Assembly: GCA_018061205.1 (NCBI GenBank)
Contig: JAGOUP010000001.1
Coordinates: forward strand, 1-46,616
Length of the DNA stretch: 46,616 nt
Source: Candidatus Levyibacteriota bacterium
Lineage (GTDB): Bacteria; Patescibacteriota; Microgenomatia; Levybacterales; UBA12049
Direction of reading: 5' to 3'
A model generated the notes under the pieces. The model made no database searches. It had not been told where the DNA came from and saw nothing but the letters and a program-made list of their open reading frames with translations. The translations under genes and the position numbers were made by a program. Shown one piece after another: positions 24,849 to 34,108 of the stretch; position 1 is the stretch's first letter; each line of letters begins with the position of its first letter.

Positions 24849-24869
24849 CCTGAACTTGTTTCAGGATCT
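24843..24869. repeat. solo hairpin 1 (tgtcatcctgaacttgtttcaggatct)
   Basis: Exact 27-nt match to hairpin 1 of the composite element. Overlaps the first ATG of maf. Confidence 0.85.
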
Positions 24870-24904
24870 AGTATAGTAATATATTATACAGTAAATACTT
24901 TTTG

Positions 24905-25669
24905 TTATGATTTCGTATCCAAAATAAACTTTCCTATCACATCCGCAACTCCATCATTATCAACAGATGGGGCGATATAATCTGCAATTGCTTTTACTTC
25001 ATCCACTGCATTTCCCAACGCCACTTTGAGGCCACATGCCATAAGGAGGGGAAAGTCATTGTAACTGTCTCCTATACCGATGATCTCATCGGTGCGAATG
25101 TCTAAAATTTGTGCCACTTCTAATATGCCGTGTTGTTTTGTCGCAGTGAGAGGGGTTATGTTGATCCCAAAACCGCCCTCCCATGCATGAAATTTATATG
25201 CATGCAAAGTCGGCACATCGTGTATTTTTCCCAAGATACTATCACATTGTTTTTCTGATAGCTGTGAAGAAATAACAGCAAAAACCTTTTCTGTATGAGT
25301 TTTATCAAAAGGAATATCTTTTGTCACACTTTGCAGAAAAATTTCTTTTACCTTTTCTTTGTGCAATATTTCTTCAATGATTGGAAGATCTTCTGTGTGA
25401 ATGAGTTTTTCTGCATATACCTTTCTTGTTTTGACATCTATAATTTGTGCGCCATCATTTACAATTGACACTCCTGTAAATTGCACACTCTTGAGGATAT
25501 TCTCGATCATAAATACAGGCCTTCCTGTGGCAATACCTGTATGAAGATATTTCCCTGCTCTATTGACTGCTTCAATCACACTCTTTGATGGAAGTGCATG
25601 CTCCGCATTCTTAACCAACGTCCCATCCAAATCCATCATCAAAGCCTTATATCTCTTTTTATGGTTCAT
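24905..25669 (-). CDS. HAD-superfamily hydrolase, Cof/IIB type phosphatase
   Basis: 254 aa. Motif I MMDLDGTL, motif III/IV GIGDSYND. Confidence 0.8.
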   Translation of the reverse strand: MNHKKRYKALMMDLDGTLVKNAEHALPSKSVIEAVNRAGKYLHTGIATGRPVFMIENILKSVQFTGVSIVNDGAQIIDVKTRKVYAEKLIHTEDLPIIEEILHKEKVKEIFLQSVTKDIPFDKTHTEKVFAVISSQLSEKQCDSILGKIHDVPTLHAYKFHAWEGGFGINITPLTATKQHGILEVAQILDIRTDEIIGIGDSYNDFPLLMACGLKVALGNAVDEVKAIADYIAPSVDNDGVADVIGKFILDTKS

Positions 25670-25738
25670 AGTTCATTGTAAATATTATTTATATATATTA
25701 AATTCTTCTATTTCGTTTGCATTGAGAGAGCAAGGTAA

Positions 25739-25825
25739 GTACTTTTTGAGAATTGTCAGGGGGATTCCTCGGCCCGAAGGGATCGAGGAGGGGGTAAACT
25801 CACCCGACTAATTCTCAAAAAGTAC
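25739..25825. repeat. 87-bp element with 16-bp perfect terminal inverted repeats and a GC-rich core
   Basis: gtactttttgagaatt ... aattctcaaaaagtac. The core contains tcctcg-gcccgaagggat-cgagga. Single copy in this window. Confidence 0.7.
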
Positions 25826-25859
25826 GCCCCATTCTTCTTTCACAGCAAACATGTTTTGC

Positions 25860-25880
25860 GCTACTTTACGCTAAAGTAGC
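25860..25880. repeat. hairpin gctacttta-cgc-taaagtagc
   Basis: Lies 28 nt downstream of the purA stop. Same loop (cgc) and core as gtactttta-cgc-taaaagtac in family C. Confidence 0.75.
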
Positions 25881-25907
25881 TATAAGAAAATCATCTGTGG
25901 TCGATAA

Positions 25908-27179
25908 TTATATTTTAATGATCTCGTGGCGCTTTTGTCCGGTAGAAACAAATGAAATACTAATACCGGTTTGTTTCTCAATTTCTTTCAGGTAAATTTT
26001 GGCTTCCTTGGGAAGATCAGCGTATTTTGTTAAGCCTTTTGTTGGTTTATTCCATCCTTTCATTGTTTTATAGATCGGTTTTACTTTTTCCAAAAACTGA
26101 GAATCGCCATCATAGTATTCCGCTCTCTTTCCATTGATTTCATATCCGGTGCAAATTTTTATTTCAGAAAAACTATCTAAAATATCCAGTTTTGTTATTG
26201 CGATACTCGTTAGCCCATTGATCTCTGCGGCAAAACGGATGAGTGCTGCATCGAACCATCCACATCTTCTTGGTCGACCTGTTGTTGTCCCAAATTCAGC
26301 ACCTTCTGTTCTGAGTTTTTCTCCTGTGCTGTCCAAAAGTTCTGTTGGAAATGGGCCGGAGCCAACGCGTGTTGCATATGCTTTTGCAACACCGATACTA
26401 TTGGTGATATGTTTGGGTGCGATGCCAGCACCCGCATTAGCACCACCGATGAGCACTGTTGATCCGGTCACAAATGGATAGGTACCCCAGTCATTATCTA
26501 AGAACACACCTTGTGCTCCTTCGAGGAGAATGTTTTTTTTCTGCTTCAGGGCTTTTTGTAAATGAGGATATGGTTCGTTAACAAATGGTTTTATTTTTTT
26601 CTTCAAAACTGCAAAATATGTTTCTACTTCTTCTTGTTTGAGTGGCTTTTCACCGAGAGCTATTATGATTTTATTTTTTACTCGTAGTTGTGTTTCTAGT
26701 TTTTGCGAGAAGAGTTTATCATCCAGTAAATCTGCAATTCGGATACCATTATAACTGACCTTATCTGCATACACAGGTCCGATTCCCCTGCCCGTAGTTC
26801 CTGTTTTCTGTTTCCCTTTTGCTTCTTCATATACTTTGTCCAAGACTTTGTGATACGGCATGATGATATGGCAACGAGGAGAAATGAACAATTTGTTGGT
26901 TAAATCAATACCTGCATTTTTCAACATCTCAATTTCTGAAAGCAGTACCTCGAGATCGAGTACTGTGCCGTTGCTGATACAACCGATTGTTTTTTTCTGG
27001 AAAATACCTGAGGGGATGAGATGAAGTGCGAATTTGCCGTAGTCATTGATGACCGTATGCCCTGCATTGTTGCCTCCATGGAATCGAACAACATAGTCTG
27101 AGTTTTGAGAGAGATAGTCTATAATTTTCCCTTTCCCTTCATCTCCCCACTGTGCACCAATGATGATTGTTGCTGGCAT
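25908..27179 (-). CDS. purA: adenylosuccinate synthetase
   Basis: 423 aa. GAQWGDEGKGK P-loop, GGNNAGHT, GTTGRGIGP, TTGRPRRCGW. Confidence 0.95.
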   Translation of the reverse strand: MPATIIIGAQWGDEGKGKIIDYLSQNSDYVVRFHGGNNAGHTVINDYGKFALHLIPSGIFQKKTIGCISNGTVLDLEVLLSEIEMLKNAGIDLTNKLFISPRCHIIMPYHKVLDKVYEEAKGKQKTGTTGRGIGPVYADKVSYNGIRIADLLDDKLFSQKLETQLRVKNKIIIALGEKPLKQEEVETYFAVLKKKIKPFVNEPYPHLQKALKQKKNILLEGAQGVFLDNDWGTYPFVTGSTVLIGGANAGAGIAPKHITNSIGVAKAYATRVGSGPFPTELLDSTGEKLRTEGAEFGTTTGRPRRCGWFDAALIRFAAEINGLTSIAITKLDILDSFSEIKICTGYEINGKRAEYYDGDSQFLEKVKPIYKTMKGWNKPTKGLTKYADLPKEAKIYLKEIEKQTGISISFVSTGQKRHEIIKI

Positions 27180-27234
27180 ATAGCTGTGTAATTGTAATCA
27201 ACTCAAAGCACAAACACAAGGGGAAAATTTCACT

Positions 27235-27262
27235 TGTCATCCTGAACTTGTTTCAGGATCTC
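27235..27262. repeat. solo hairpin 1 (tgtcatcctgaacttgtttcaggatctc)
   Basis: Exact match. Lies in the purA/dnaG divergent intergenic region. Confidence 0.85.
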
Positions 27263-27272
27263 AGATTATTTT

Positions 27273-27300
27273 CCATTTATCATTTGCCATTTTCCATTTA
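27273..27300 (+). repeat. 7-bp tandem repeat (ccattta-like) x4
   Basis: ccattta tcatttg ccatttt ccattta, in the purA/dnaG intergenic region. Confidence 0.7.
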
Positions 27301-27361
27301 TTTTTTTATTTCAAAATTCCGTTTTTTTATAAACCCTGAACTATGAACAACGGTTATCCCG

Positions 27362-27378
27362 TGCTACAATACCCTCGT
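27362..27378 (+). promoter_or_regulatory. extended -10 tgctacaat, 8 nt before dnaG ATG 27379
   Basis: Sequence pattern only. Confidence 0.45.
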
Positions 27379-29166
27379 ATGGATCAAGTAGCTCAAATAC
27401 GAGAAAAAACAGATATTGTTGCTCTTCTTTCGGAATATCTCCCACTCAAAAAACTCGGACGAAACTTCAAGACCACGTGCCCGTTTCATAGTGAGAAAAG
27501 TCCCTCATTTGTTGTCTCCCCTGAGCGACAAATTTGGCATTGTTTTGGGTGTGATAAAGGAGGAGATGTCTATACGTTTTTGATGGAGTATGAAAATTTA
27601 GAATTTCCTGAAGCCCTCAGATTGTTAGCAAAAAGAACCGGAGTAGAATTGGAACAATTCAAAGGTTCTTCAGTTACTACGTCAAAAAAAGAAGCAATCT
27701 ACAAAATAAATGCATTGACTGCTGAGTTTTATCACTATGTGTTGCTACATCTTCCTGCTGGGAAAAAAGCACTGGAGTATCTGACCAATGAGCGGAAATT
27801 AAGTCCTGAAGTGATAAAAACATTTACTATTGGCTTTGCACCAAAAAGTGGGAGAGCACTCGTTGACTATTTGATCACAAAGAAAAAATTTAGACAAGAT
27901 GATGTGGTCGATGCAGGATTGACATCGATGCGTAGTGGACGAGTATCAGATTTTTTTACGGATCGTATTATGTTTCCGCTTCTTGATCATCGGGAGAATG
28001 TGATTGGTTTTTCCGGACGTGTTATGGATCCCTCAACAACGCAGATGGGAAAATATATCAATACACGTGAAACACTGGTATATCACAAAGGCGAAGTCTT
28101 TTTTGGTCTCAACACCGCAAAAAATGAAATCAAAAAAGAAAACAGAGCGATTATTATGGAAGGAGAATTTGATGTTATTTCCTCTTTTCAGGAAGGCATC
28201 AGCAATGCCGTTGCAGTCAAAGGAACTGCATTGACTCCTATCCAAGTAAATTTGCTCGCTCGGTTTTGCTCAAAAGTGAGTATGTGTTTTGACCAAGATA
28301 GTGCAGGGCAACAAGCACTGCTTCGAAGTATCCCTATTCTTGAAAAGAAAGGGATGACGATTACCGTCGTGCTGATACCAGGAGGAAAAGATCCGCATGA
28401 TGCGATTATTGCCGACTCTTTTGTTTTCAAGCAGTCAGTCAAACACGATGTTGGTGTGTATGATTATTTGATTGATCAGACAGTAAAAAAATACGGTGTA
28501 AAAAGCGCAGAAGACAAAAAACACATTAGTGATACGATATTGCCACTTCTGCAAGGGATTGAAAATGAGATCATCAAAGAACACTATATGCGTGTCTTAG
28601 CGACCAATCTTGACACATCCTATGAAAGTATTGACCGACAAATAGAAAAAGGAAAACAGCTACAAAGTGTTGAGAAAATTGTCCAAATTGCCAAGGAGAA
28701 GAAAAATAGAGATGAAATGCTTGAATCCTATGTATTGGCTCTTGTATTACAGTCTCCCGTACCAAAGGATGCAGTTACTGCGTTAGAGCATATTTTAACT
28801 CGAGATTTTCCAAAAGAGCGTGCAGTGCAAAAGATACTGATCGCTTTGATAGTGCATTTTGAAATAGCAGATACTATTGCTATTCATGCGTTTGGGAACA
28901 ATCTGCCTCAGGAGCTCATCAAAACGTATGATACCGCCTTTTTATATCCGATTCCAAAATTTGTAACAGATGAAGAGTATATAACAGAAGTAAAGAAAGC
29001 TGCCAAGGAATTAAAGCTGGTGTCTATACGCTCCCAAATGAAGCTGATTTCAGAAAAAATGAAAGAAAAACACGGAAAAGAAGAGGTAAACCAGGGGGAG
29101 AGTGCATTGAGTCAATTACAGGAGGAATTTACTCGTTTAAGCACACAATTGCACGAAAGCTCATAG
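27379..29166 (+). CDS. dnaG: DNA primase
   Basis: Zinc finger CPFHSEKSPSFVVSPERQIWHCFGCDKGGD, TOPRIM EGEFDV...DQDSAG. Start moved from 27343 to ATG 27379, which sits 8 nt after a tgctacaat box. Confidence 0.9.
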   Translation: MDQVAQIREKTDIVALLSEYLPLKKLGRNFKTTCPFHSEKSPSFVVSPERQIWHCFGCDKGGDVYTFLMEYENLEFPEALRLLAKRTGVELEQFKGSSVTTSKKEAIYKINALTAEFYHYVLLHLPAGKKALEYLTNERKLSPEVIKTFTIGFAPKSGRALVDYLITKKKFRQDDVVDAGLTSMRSGRVSDFFTDRIMFPLLDHRENVIGFSGRVMDPSTTQMGKYINTRETLVYHKGEVFFGLNTAKNEIKKENRAIIMEGEFDVISSFQEGISNAVAVKGTALTPIQVNLLARFCSKVSMCFDQDSAGQQALLRSIPILEKKGMTITVVLIPGGKDPHDAIIADSFVFKQSVKHDVGVYDYLIDQTVKKYGVKSAEDKKHISDTILPLLQGIENEIIKEHYMRVLATNLDTSYESIDRQIEKGKQLQSVEKIVQIAKEKKNRDEMLESYVLALVLQSPVPKDAVTALEHILTRDFPKERAVQKILIALIVHFEIADTIAIHAFGNNLPQELIKTYDTAFLYPIPKFVTDEEYITEVKKAAKELKLVSIRSQMKLISEKMKEKHGKEEVNQGESALSQLQEEFTRLSTQLHESS

Positions 29167-29222
29167 TTTCATCTTTGTGTGTTTTGTGGTACAATGGATA
29201 GACTCAAATCCCAAAGATTTTT

Positions 29223-30305
29223 ATGAAGCAACTCACCACGACCAAAATTACCGACATTGTCGCCTCCGCCAAGAAACGTGGATACATGACACAGGATGAG
29301 ATTTTGACTATCTATCCGCTTCCTGAACAACACATTGCAGAACTTGATGAACTGTATGACAAACTCTTCAAGCTCAATTTAGATGTGTTTGAAAGTGTGG
29401 CTGAAACAGCGAGTGATGAAAAACCTATTGAGCAGCTCGAAAAAGAACTCGAAGCATTGACAGTTTTGACAGAAGGGACTGTCTCTGATCCTGTCAGAAT
29501 GTATCTCAAAGAAATTGGCCGTATTCCTCTGTTGAAATTTGAGCAGGAAATATCGTTGGCAAAACAGGTTGAAAAAGGCAGTAAAGAAGCGAAAAAAACC
29601 CTGATTACCTCTAACCTTCGTTTGGTTGTGTCTATTGCGAAAAAGTACGTTGGTCGAGGACTTACCCTGCTTGATTTGATCCAAGAAGGAAACCAAGGGT
29701 TGATTCGAGCAGTTGAAAAATATGATTGGAGACGAGGCTATAAATTCTCAACCTATGCAACATGGTGGATTCGTCAATCAATTACCCGTGCTATTGCTGA
29801 TCAGGCACGAACGATTCGTATTCCCGTACACATGGTTGAAAATATCAATAGATTTTTGCGAACTTCTCGAAAGCTCATGCAGGAACTCGGTCGTGAACCA
29901 ACCCCTGAAGAAGTAGCCAAAGTGTTAGGTATTGAACCAGACAAAGCACTTGAAATCATCAAAATCTCACAAGAACCAGCCAGTTTAGAATCACCAGTAG
30001 GCGATGAAGAAGATAGTAGACTGGGTGATTTTATCCATGACACCAATGCCCCAACCCTTTTTGATACCGCTTCTCGTGAACTGTTGAAAGAACAAGTAGA
30101 GCAAGTATTAGACACGCTTTCTGATAGAGAACGACGAGTATTGGAAGAACGATTTGGTCTCAAAGATGGAAAGTCAAAGACACTAGAAGAAGTAGGCAGA
30201 ACTTTTGCGGTTACTCGTGAACGTATTCGTCAAATTGAAGCAAAAGCACTCAGAAAGCTCAGACATCCCTCACGTGGGAACAAACTCCGTGACTATTTAG
30301 GCTAA
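29223..30305 (+). CDS. rpoD: RNA polymerase sigma factor, primary sigma-70 type
   Basis: 360 aa. Region 2 ([40 protein letters not shown]) through region 4 ([20 protein letters not shown]). Confidence 0.9.
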   Translation: MKQLTTTKITDIVASAKKRGYMTQDEILTIYPLPEQHIAELDELYDKLFKLNLDVFESVAETASDEKPIEQLEKELEALTVLTEGTVSDPVRMYLKEIGRIPLLKFEQEISLAKQVEKGSKEAKKTLITSNLRLVVSIAKKYVGRGLTLLDLIQEGNQGLIRAVEKYDWRRGYKFSTYATWWIRQSITRAIADQARTIRIPVHMVENINRFLRTSRKLMQELGREPTPEEVAKVLGIEPDKALEIIKISQEPASLESPVGDEEDSRLGDFIHDTNAPTLFDTASRELLKEQVEQVLDTLSDRERRVLEERFGLKDGKSKTLEEVGRTFAVTRERIRQIEAKALRKLRHPSRGNKLRDYLG

Positions 30306-31295
30306 GTTATCAAATCCTATTGCCTCAAGTTTTATTTTTTCTCCGTTGGGTGAAACCAGTATTTTCCCTTGTTTTTTTGGAGTGATCTTACCGATTACAG
30401 AGATAGTAATCCCGATTTTTTCTTTTATAGTGTCAATAATATGACGCTCGTACCGTGCGGGAGCAGTAAAGCAGAGTCCAAAATCCTCCCCGCCTTCAAG
30501 TGCAAGCATAAGGGGATTTTTGCCTGCTATTTTTCCATACGCCTTGACTGCAGGACTGATAGGAATATGTTTTGCCTCTATGGTGACGCCGACACTACTT
30601 GCATCACAGAGATGGAGTACATCAGTAGCCAATCCATCGCTCATATCAGTCATTGCTGTTACTACTTTTAGGCTTGCAAGTATGATTCCTTCTTTTACCT
30701 TTGCTGTTGGTTTAAAGTGATGCGTGAGTAGGTATTGTTTATGTTTTTTACTCAACGGTATCTGAGGGTGTTGTAGCAATTCCCATCCGGTATGTGCATC
30801 ACCCAAAAACCCGGTGACAAAAACAGTATCACCAACCCGAGCCCCTTTTTTTAGTAACAAGTGAGCAGTATCGACTTCTCCAATCGCCATGATATCGATT
30901 CCCCACAATGCTGATTTGGTAACATTGCCGCCGATGATTGTTGTATTATATGCGCTGCATGCTTCTAAAATGCCTTTATTTATTTCACGCATCCACGTAT
31001 TTCTTTCAGGTCTATTTGGGACGAAGAGAGAGCTGAGACAATATTTTGGTGTTGCACCCATAGCGATAATATCACTCACTCCTGCACTCATTGCCCGAAA
31101 TCCTAACTGATGCGGATGGATTTGGGTTGTTTTAAAATGGGTATTTTCTACTTGTGAGTCGCAGGTATACACTAGCTTCATATCAGGAGAAGGTGTGGTG
31201 ATAGCTGCATCATCACCGATACCCACGACAATCGAAGCATCCTTTTTGTAAAAAAGTTTTTGAAAAGATGTGAGGAGATCGTTTTCTGTTTGCAT
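30297..31295 (-). CDS. thiL: thiamine-monophosphate kinase (AIR-synthase-related family)
   Basis: 332 aa. [27 protein letters not shown] blocks typical of ThiL. The 3' end overlaps rpoD by 9 nt, convergently. Confidence 0.7.
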   Translation of the reverse strand: MQTENDLLTSFQKLFYKKDASIVVGIGDDAAITTPSPDMKLVYTCDSQVENTHFKTTQIHPHQLGFRAMSAGVSDIIAMGATPKYCLSSLFVPNRPERNTWMREINKGILEACSAYNTTIIGGNVTKSALWGIDIMAIGEVDTAHLLLKKGARVGDTVFVTGFLGDAHTGWELLQHPQIPLSKKHKQYLLTHHFKPTAKVKEGIILASLKVVTAMTDMSDGLATDVLHLCDASSVGVTIEAKHIPISPAVKAYGKIAGKNPLMLALEGGEDFGLCFTAPARYERHIIDTIKEKIGITISVIGKITPKKQGKILVSPNGEKIKLEAIGFDNLA

Positions 31296-31305
31296 GAGGG
31301 ACTTA

Positions 31306-32661
31306 TTATAAATGATGTTCTGTCATTGCGGCTACTGTTTTCCAAAACTGCATAACACCCGTATCATCGAGTTCATCTTGATGTGTATCTTCACTATGTT
31401 GTTGTCTCGTATAGTCCATCATCTTTGCAAAAATACCCTCTCGCAGACACCAGATGATGAAATTGCTTGATTGCAGTGAATGAGGGGGGAGGAGGATTCC
31501 TCTCCATGTTTTGGCGACTCGCAAGAGCTCTCTTCCAAAAACAGTATCCAGCGATACATTCTTTTCTGCTTTTTCCCACAACATTTCATGGACTGTTTTG
31601 TTTGGGATGAGATGATGGCGCCGTAAAAAAGCGATATTGTCGTACTCTTGTTTTCCTACTGGATGTGCAAAGAGGAGGAGTGATCCTCCTGTTTGCTGTG
31701 GTGTCAGTAGTGCTTTAAATGTTTGTTCGCTTGGTTTGGTTACTTCCAGTGAGATGACATGATCGGTATAGAGTTTTTCATAATTATTGACTGTTTCTCT
31801 ATCATGGGGTGAGACATGCAAATGAACATATGGGTGATCAAGCATGGATGTTAAAAATTGATTCGTGTATTGTGCTTGTTTTGCTATGATATGAAAAACA
31901 AAACGATCTGATGCTTGATGCAAATACGGGATGAGTTTTGCTAAAAAGTCAGTTCCCACAGCAGCACCTGGGATAGGGAGTGCGACATGAATCTGTGTGC
32001 GGCTTTGCAGATGTACTTGTTCTTGTTTTTTGTGCTGTTTTTCAGCAGTGAGATGCGTTGAAAAAGAAGGAGAAAGGGGATAGGGAATAATGGTCATAGG
32101 GAGTTTTGCAAAAGTGAAAAGTTTTGCAAAATCATCCAATTTTTCTTTTGTATAGTGACTTGGGACAAAGGTCATAGCAGCCCCTGGTATATACCAGAGT
32201 GGTTGTGGACTGTCATCCGTTACTTGGACAAATAACAGTAGTTTGATATTTTTTTTCTTTTCGATTGTTTCCTTGATATGGGAGAGTTGGTGTGCGAGTC
32301 CAAAATGTGTTGCAACAACCACGATAGTATCAGGAATGATGAGTCGCTCATCCAAAATAGTTGCGAGTTGTTGATAGAGGAGTTTTGTTCTGGTGTGGAG
32401 GATAAATTCATAAATAAAGGTCGTGACATATTGCATCCATCCTGTTTGTCCCCATTCAAAAAGAGTTCTTGTTATGGGATGAATACTCATAAATCGATGG
32501 AGTGCACCGACTGCTTTATCTTGTGAACCCAGCAGTATTGGACTAACTGTTTCAGGGAGTCCTTCATAAAGCGCATCAGTAACCCGCAGATGACCGAGTC
32601 CTGTTGGAGAATAAGCAAAAATAACGAGAACTGATTTTTGTGAGAGGGCAGAAAGTGACAT
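31306..32661 (-). CDS. hypothetical protein with MGDG-synthase/UgtP-like (GT28) N-terminal region
   Basis: 451 aa. VLVIFAYSPTGLGHLRVTDALYEGL resembles the UgtP/MGDG synthase N-terminus (TANYGNGHVQVAKTLYE). The C-terminal half was not recognised. Confidence 0.35.
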   Translation of the reverse strand: MSLSALSQKSVLVIFAYSPTGLGHLRVTDALYEGLPETVSPILLGSQDKAVGALHRFMSIHPITRTLFEWGQTGWMQYVTTFIYEFILHTRTKLLYQQLATILDERLIIPDTIVVVATHFGLAHQLSHIKETIEKKKNIKLLLFVQVTDDSPQPLWYIPGAAMTFVPSHYTKEKLDDFAKLFTFAKLPMTIIPYPLSPSFSTHLTAEKQHKKQEQVHLQSRTQIHVALPIPGAAVGTDFLAKLIPYLHQASDRFVFHIIAKQAQYTNQFLTSMLDHPYVHLHVSPHDRETVNNYEKLYTDHVISLEVTKPSEQTFKALLTPQQTGGSLLLFAHPVGKQEYDNIAFLRRHHLIPNKTVHEMLWEKAEKNVSLDTVFGRELLRVAKTWRGILLPPHSLQSSNFIIWCLREGIFAKMMDYTRQQHSEDTHQDELDDTGVMQFWKTVAAMTEHHL

Positions 32662-32684
32662 ATCTCCAGTCTAGCAAGGGAATT

Positions 32685-32712
32685 TACAATGTACAATGAA
32701 GAATGTATAATG
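32685..32712 (+). repeat. 7-bp tandem repeat (tacaatg-like) x4 across the start of the four-helix-bundle gene
   Basis: tacaatg tacaatg aagaatg tataatg. Confidence 0.8.
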
Positions 32713-33077
32713 AGGGGACGGAAAATAGGACTTTTGATATTCGACAACGAAGCTTTCAATTTGGAGTAAAGATCGTTCTTTTTATTAGAACCTTTCCAAA
32801 AGATACGGCAGGGTTTGCTATTGGAAATCAATTGATACGTTCTGGAACTTCAGTGGGAGCAAATATTGAAGAAGGACAAAATGCTAGTAGTCGAAAGGAT
32901 TTTATTCATTGTTTGACTATTTCCTTAAAAGAAGCAAGAGAAACTGAATATTGGTTGAAGATAATTCAAGAAACGAAATTAATTATACATGAAGATTTGG
33001 TAGGACTTTTACAAGAGATTAACGAATTAATTAAAATATTGACAACAATTATTAAAAAATCCAAGGAAAAATTGTAA
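32703..33077 (+). CDS. four-helix-bundle protein (23S rRNA intervening-sequence protein family)
   Basis: 124 aa. Family blocks QLIRSGTSVGANIEEG, KDFIHCLTISLKEARETEYWL. Flanked by GTACA-type repeats. Confidence 0.8.
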   Translation: MYNEGTENRTFDIRQRSFQFGVKIVLFIRTFPKDTAGFAIGNQLIRSGTSVGANIEEGQNASSRKDFIHCLTISLKEARETEYWLKIIQETKLIIHEDLVGLLQEINELIKILTTIIKKSKEKL

Positions 33078-33126
33078 AAGTACATATAAATTTGTACATT
33101 TTACATTTTAAATTGTACATTTATAT
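33078..33126 (+). repeat. gtacat-rich periodic repeat downstream of the four-helix-bundle gene
   Basis: Contains attgtacatt (33112-33121), the reverse complement of aatgtacaat at 32688-32697. Confidence 0.75.
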
Positions 33127-33128
33127 AT

Positions 33129-33200
33129 TCCGCGATAGCTCAATGGTAGAGCAGGAAACTGTTAATTTCAAGGTTCTAGGTTCGAATCCTAGTCGCGGAG
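33129..33200 (+). tRNA. tRNA-Asn, anticodon GUU
   Basis: Hand-folded: acceptor tccgcga/tcgcgga, D arm gctc-aatggta-gagc, anticodon loop cTGTTAa (GTT), T arm ctagg-ttcgaat-cctag, discriminator G. CCA is not encoded. Confidence 0.85.
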
Positions 33201-33216
33201 CAAGTTAGCCTTGCAG

Positions 33217-33600
33217 TTATATATGATCAGAGGTGTCTGATTCTGCTTCCTGTTTAGTTTTATGGATAGTTCGGGCTTTGTGGTGTGCGGGTGAATATAC
33301 AGTATAAAGCTTCAAGGGTTCAGTAGAGGAAGAATTTACAATATTATGCTTTGTTCCTGCGGGAACAATAATTGCGCTTCCGTCTTTCAGCAAATGTTCT
33401 TCCTCGTTCATGATAACTTTGCCTTCGCCTTTTTCAATTCTGAGAAACTGGTCGGTTGTCTCATGAATTTCGATTCCTATATCTTCTTTGGGCAATAAAG
33501 ACATAAGAACAAGCTGTGAATGTTGTGCAGTATAAATTACTTTTCGAAAGTTATTATTGGATAATGTTAGCTCTTCAATATTTTTTACGAAACCATGCAT
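33217..33600 (-). CDS. cupin-domain protein
   Basis: 127 aa. Cupin motifs IEIHETTDQFLRIEKGEG and SAIIVPAGTKHNIVN. Confidence 0.7.
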   Translation of the reverse strand: MHGFVKNIEELTLSNNNFRKVIYTAQHSQLVLMSLLPKEDIGIEIHETTDQFLRIEKGEGKVIMNEEEHLLKDGSAIIVPAGTKHNIVNSSSTEPLKLYTVYSPAHHKARTIHKTKQEAESDTSDHI

Positions 33601-33615
33601 ATGTATATAATACCA
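33601..33615 (-). promoter_or_regulatory. extended -10 tggtattat, 6 nt before the cupin ATG
   Basis: Minus-strand reading tggtattat-atacat-ATG. Confidence 0.5.
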
Positions 33616-33772
33616 TAAGTATCAATTGCAGGTCATCAGATTTAATATCATTTATTTCCGGATATTAATTTGACTGAAAAATCCCGCAACTATATTTCCG
33701 TCAAGGTAAGATTTTCTATCAATTATCTTACAAGCCAATAGATTGAAGCCTGACTTAAATCTTTAATAAGTA

Positions 33773-33784
33773 TATAATACAAAT
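33773..33784 (+). promoter_or_regulatory. -10 tataat, 6 nt before ATG 33785
   Basis: tataat-acaaat-ATG. Confidence 0.45.
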
Positions 33785-34108
33785 ATGATTTCTATAGAAT
33801 ATTTACGCCAATTTAGAATTGCGCAGTTTGCTATTTTTGACACCACGGCTGCTTATGTAGGCATTCTGATTCTCTCACCTATTTTGACATGGCTGATGTC
33901 CAAACTACATATTAAAATTCCTATTATCTCTTGGCTTTGGTTTACCTTGCCGTTATCTGTTATTTTTCATATGATTTTCCATCAATCTACTCCTTTGATG
34001 AAAATACTAGCAAATCCCGGGCATTTTCAATTTTATATCGCTATCTTTATTCTCTTTGTTATGACCTATATGGGTTTTAGAAAAATAAGCAAAATTAGGT
34101 CATCGTGA
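33785..34108 (+). CDS. small hypothetical membrane protein (3 predicted TM segments)
   Basis: 107 aa, three hydrophobic stretches. A tataat box lies 6 nt upstream of the ATG. Confidence 0.5.
   Translation: MISIEYLRQFRIAQFAIFDTTAAYVGILILSPILTWLMSKLHIKIPIISWLWFTLPLSVIFHMIFHQSTPLMKILANPGHFQFYIAIFILFVMTYMGFRKISKIRSS

Noticed and set aside
24391-24876. 161-aa plus-strand ORF covering maf and ending in VILNLFQDLV
   Set aside because: Antisense to maf. The C-terminal peptide is just the translation of the tgtcatcctgaacttgtttcaggatc hairpin repeat.
12-27262. The recurring 27-nt hairpin as CRISPR repeats
   Set aside because: Copies are kilobases apart, lie in both genic and intergenic contexts, show no regular spacer periodicity, and no cas genes are present.
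29190-29222. Short ORF starting at the ATG inside tggtacaATGg upstream of rpoD
   Set aside because: It terminates after about 10 codons. The sequence is better explained as the rpoD -10 box plus a short leader.
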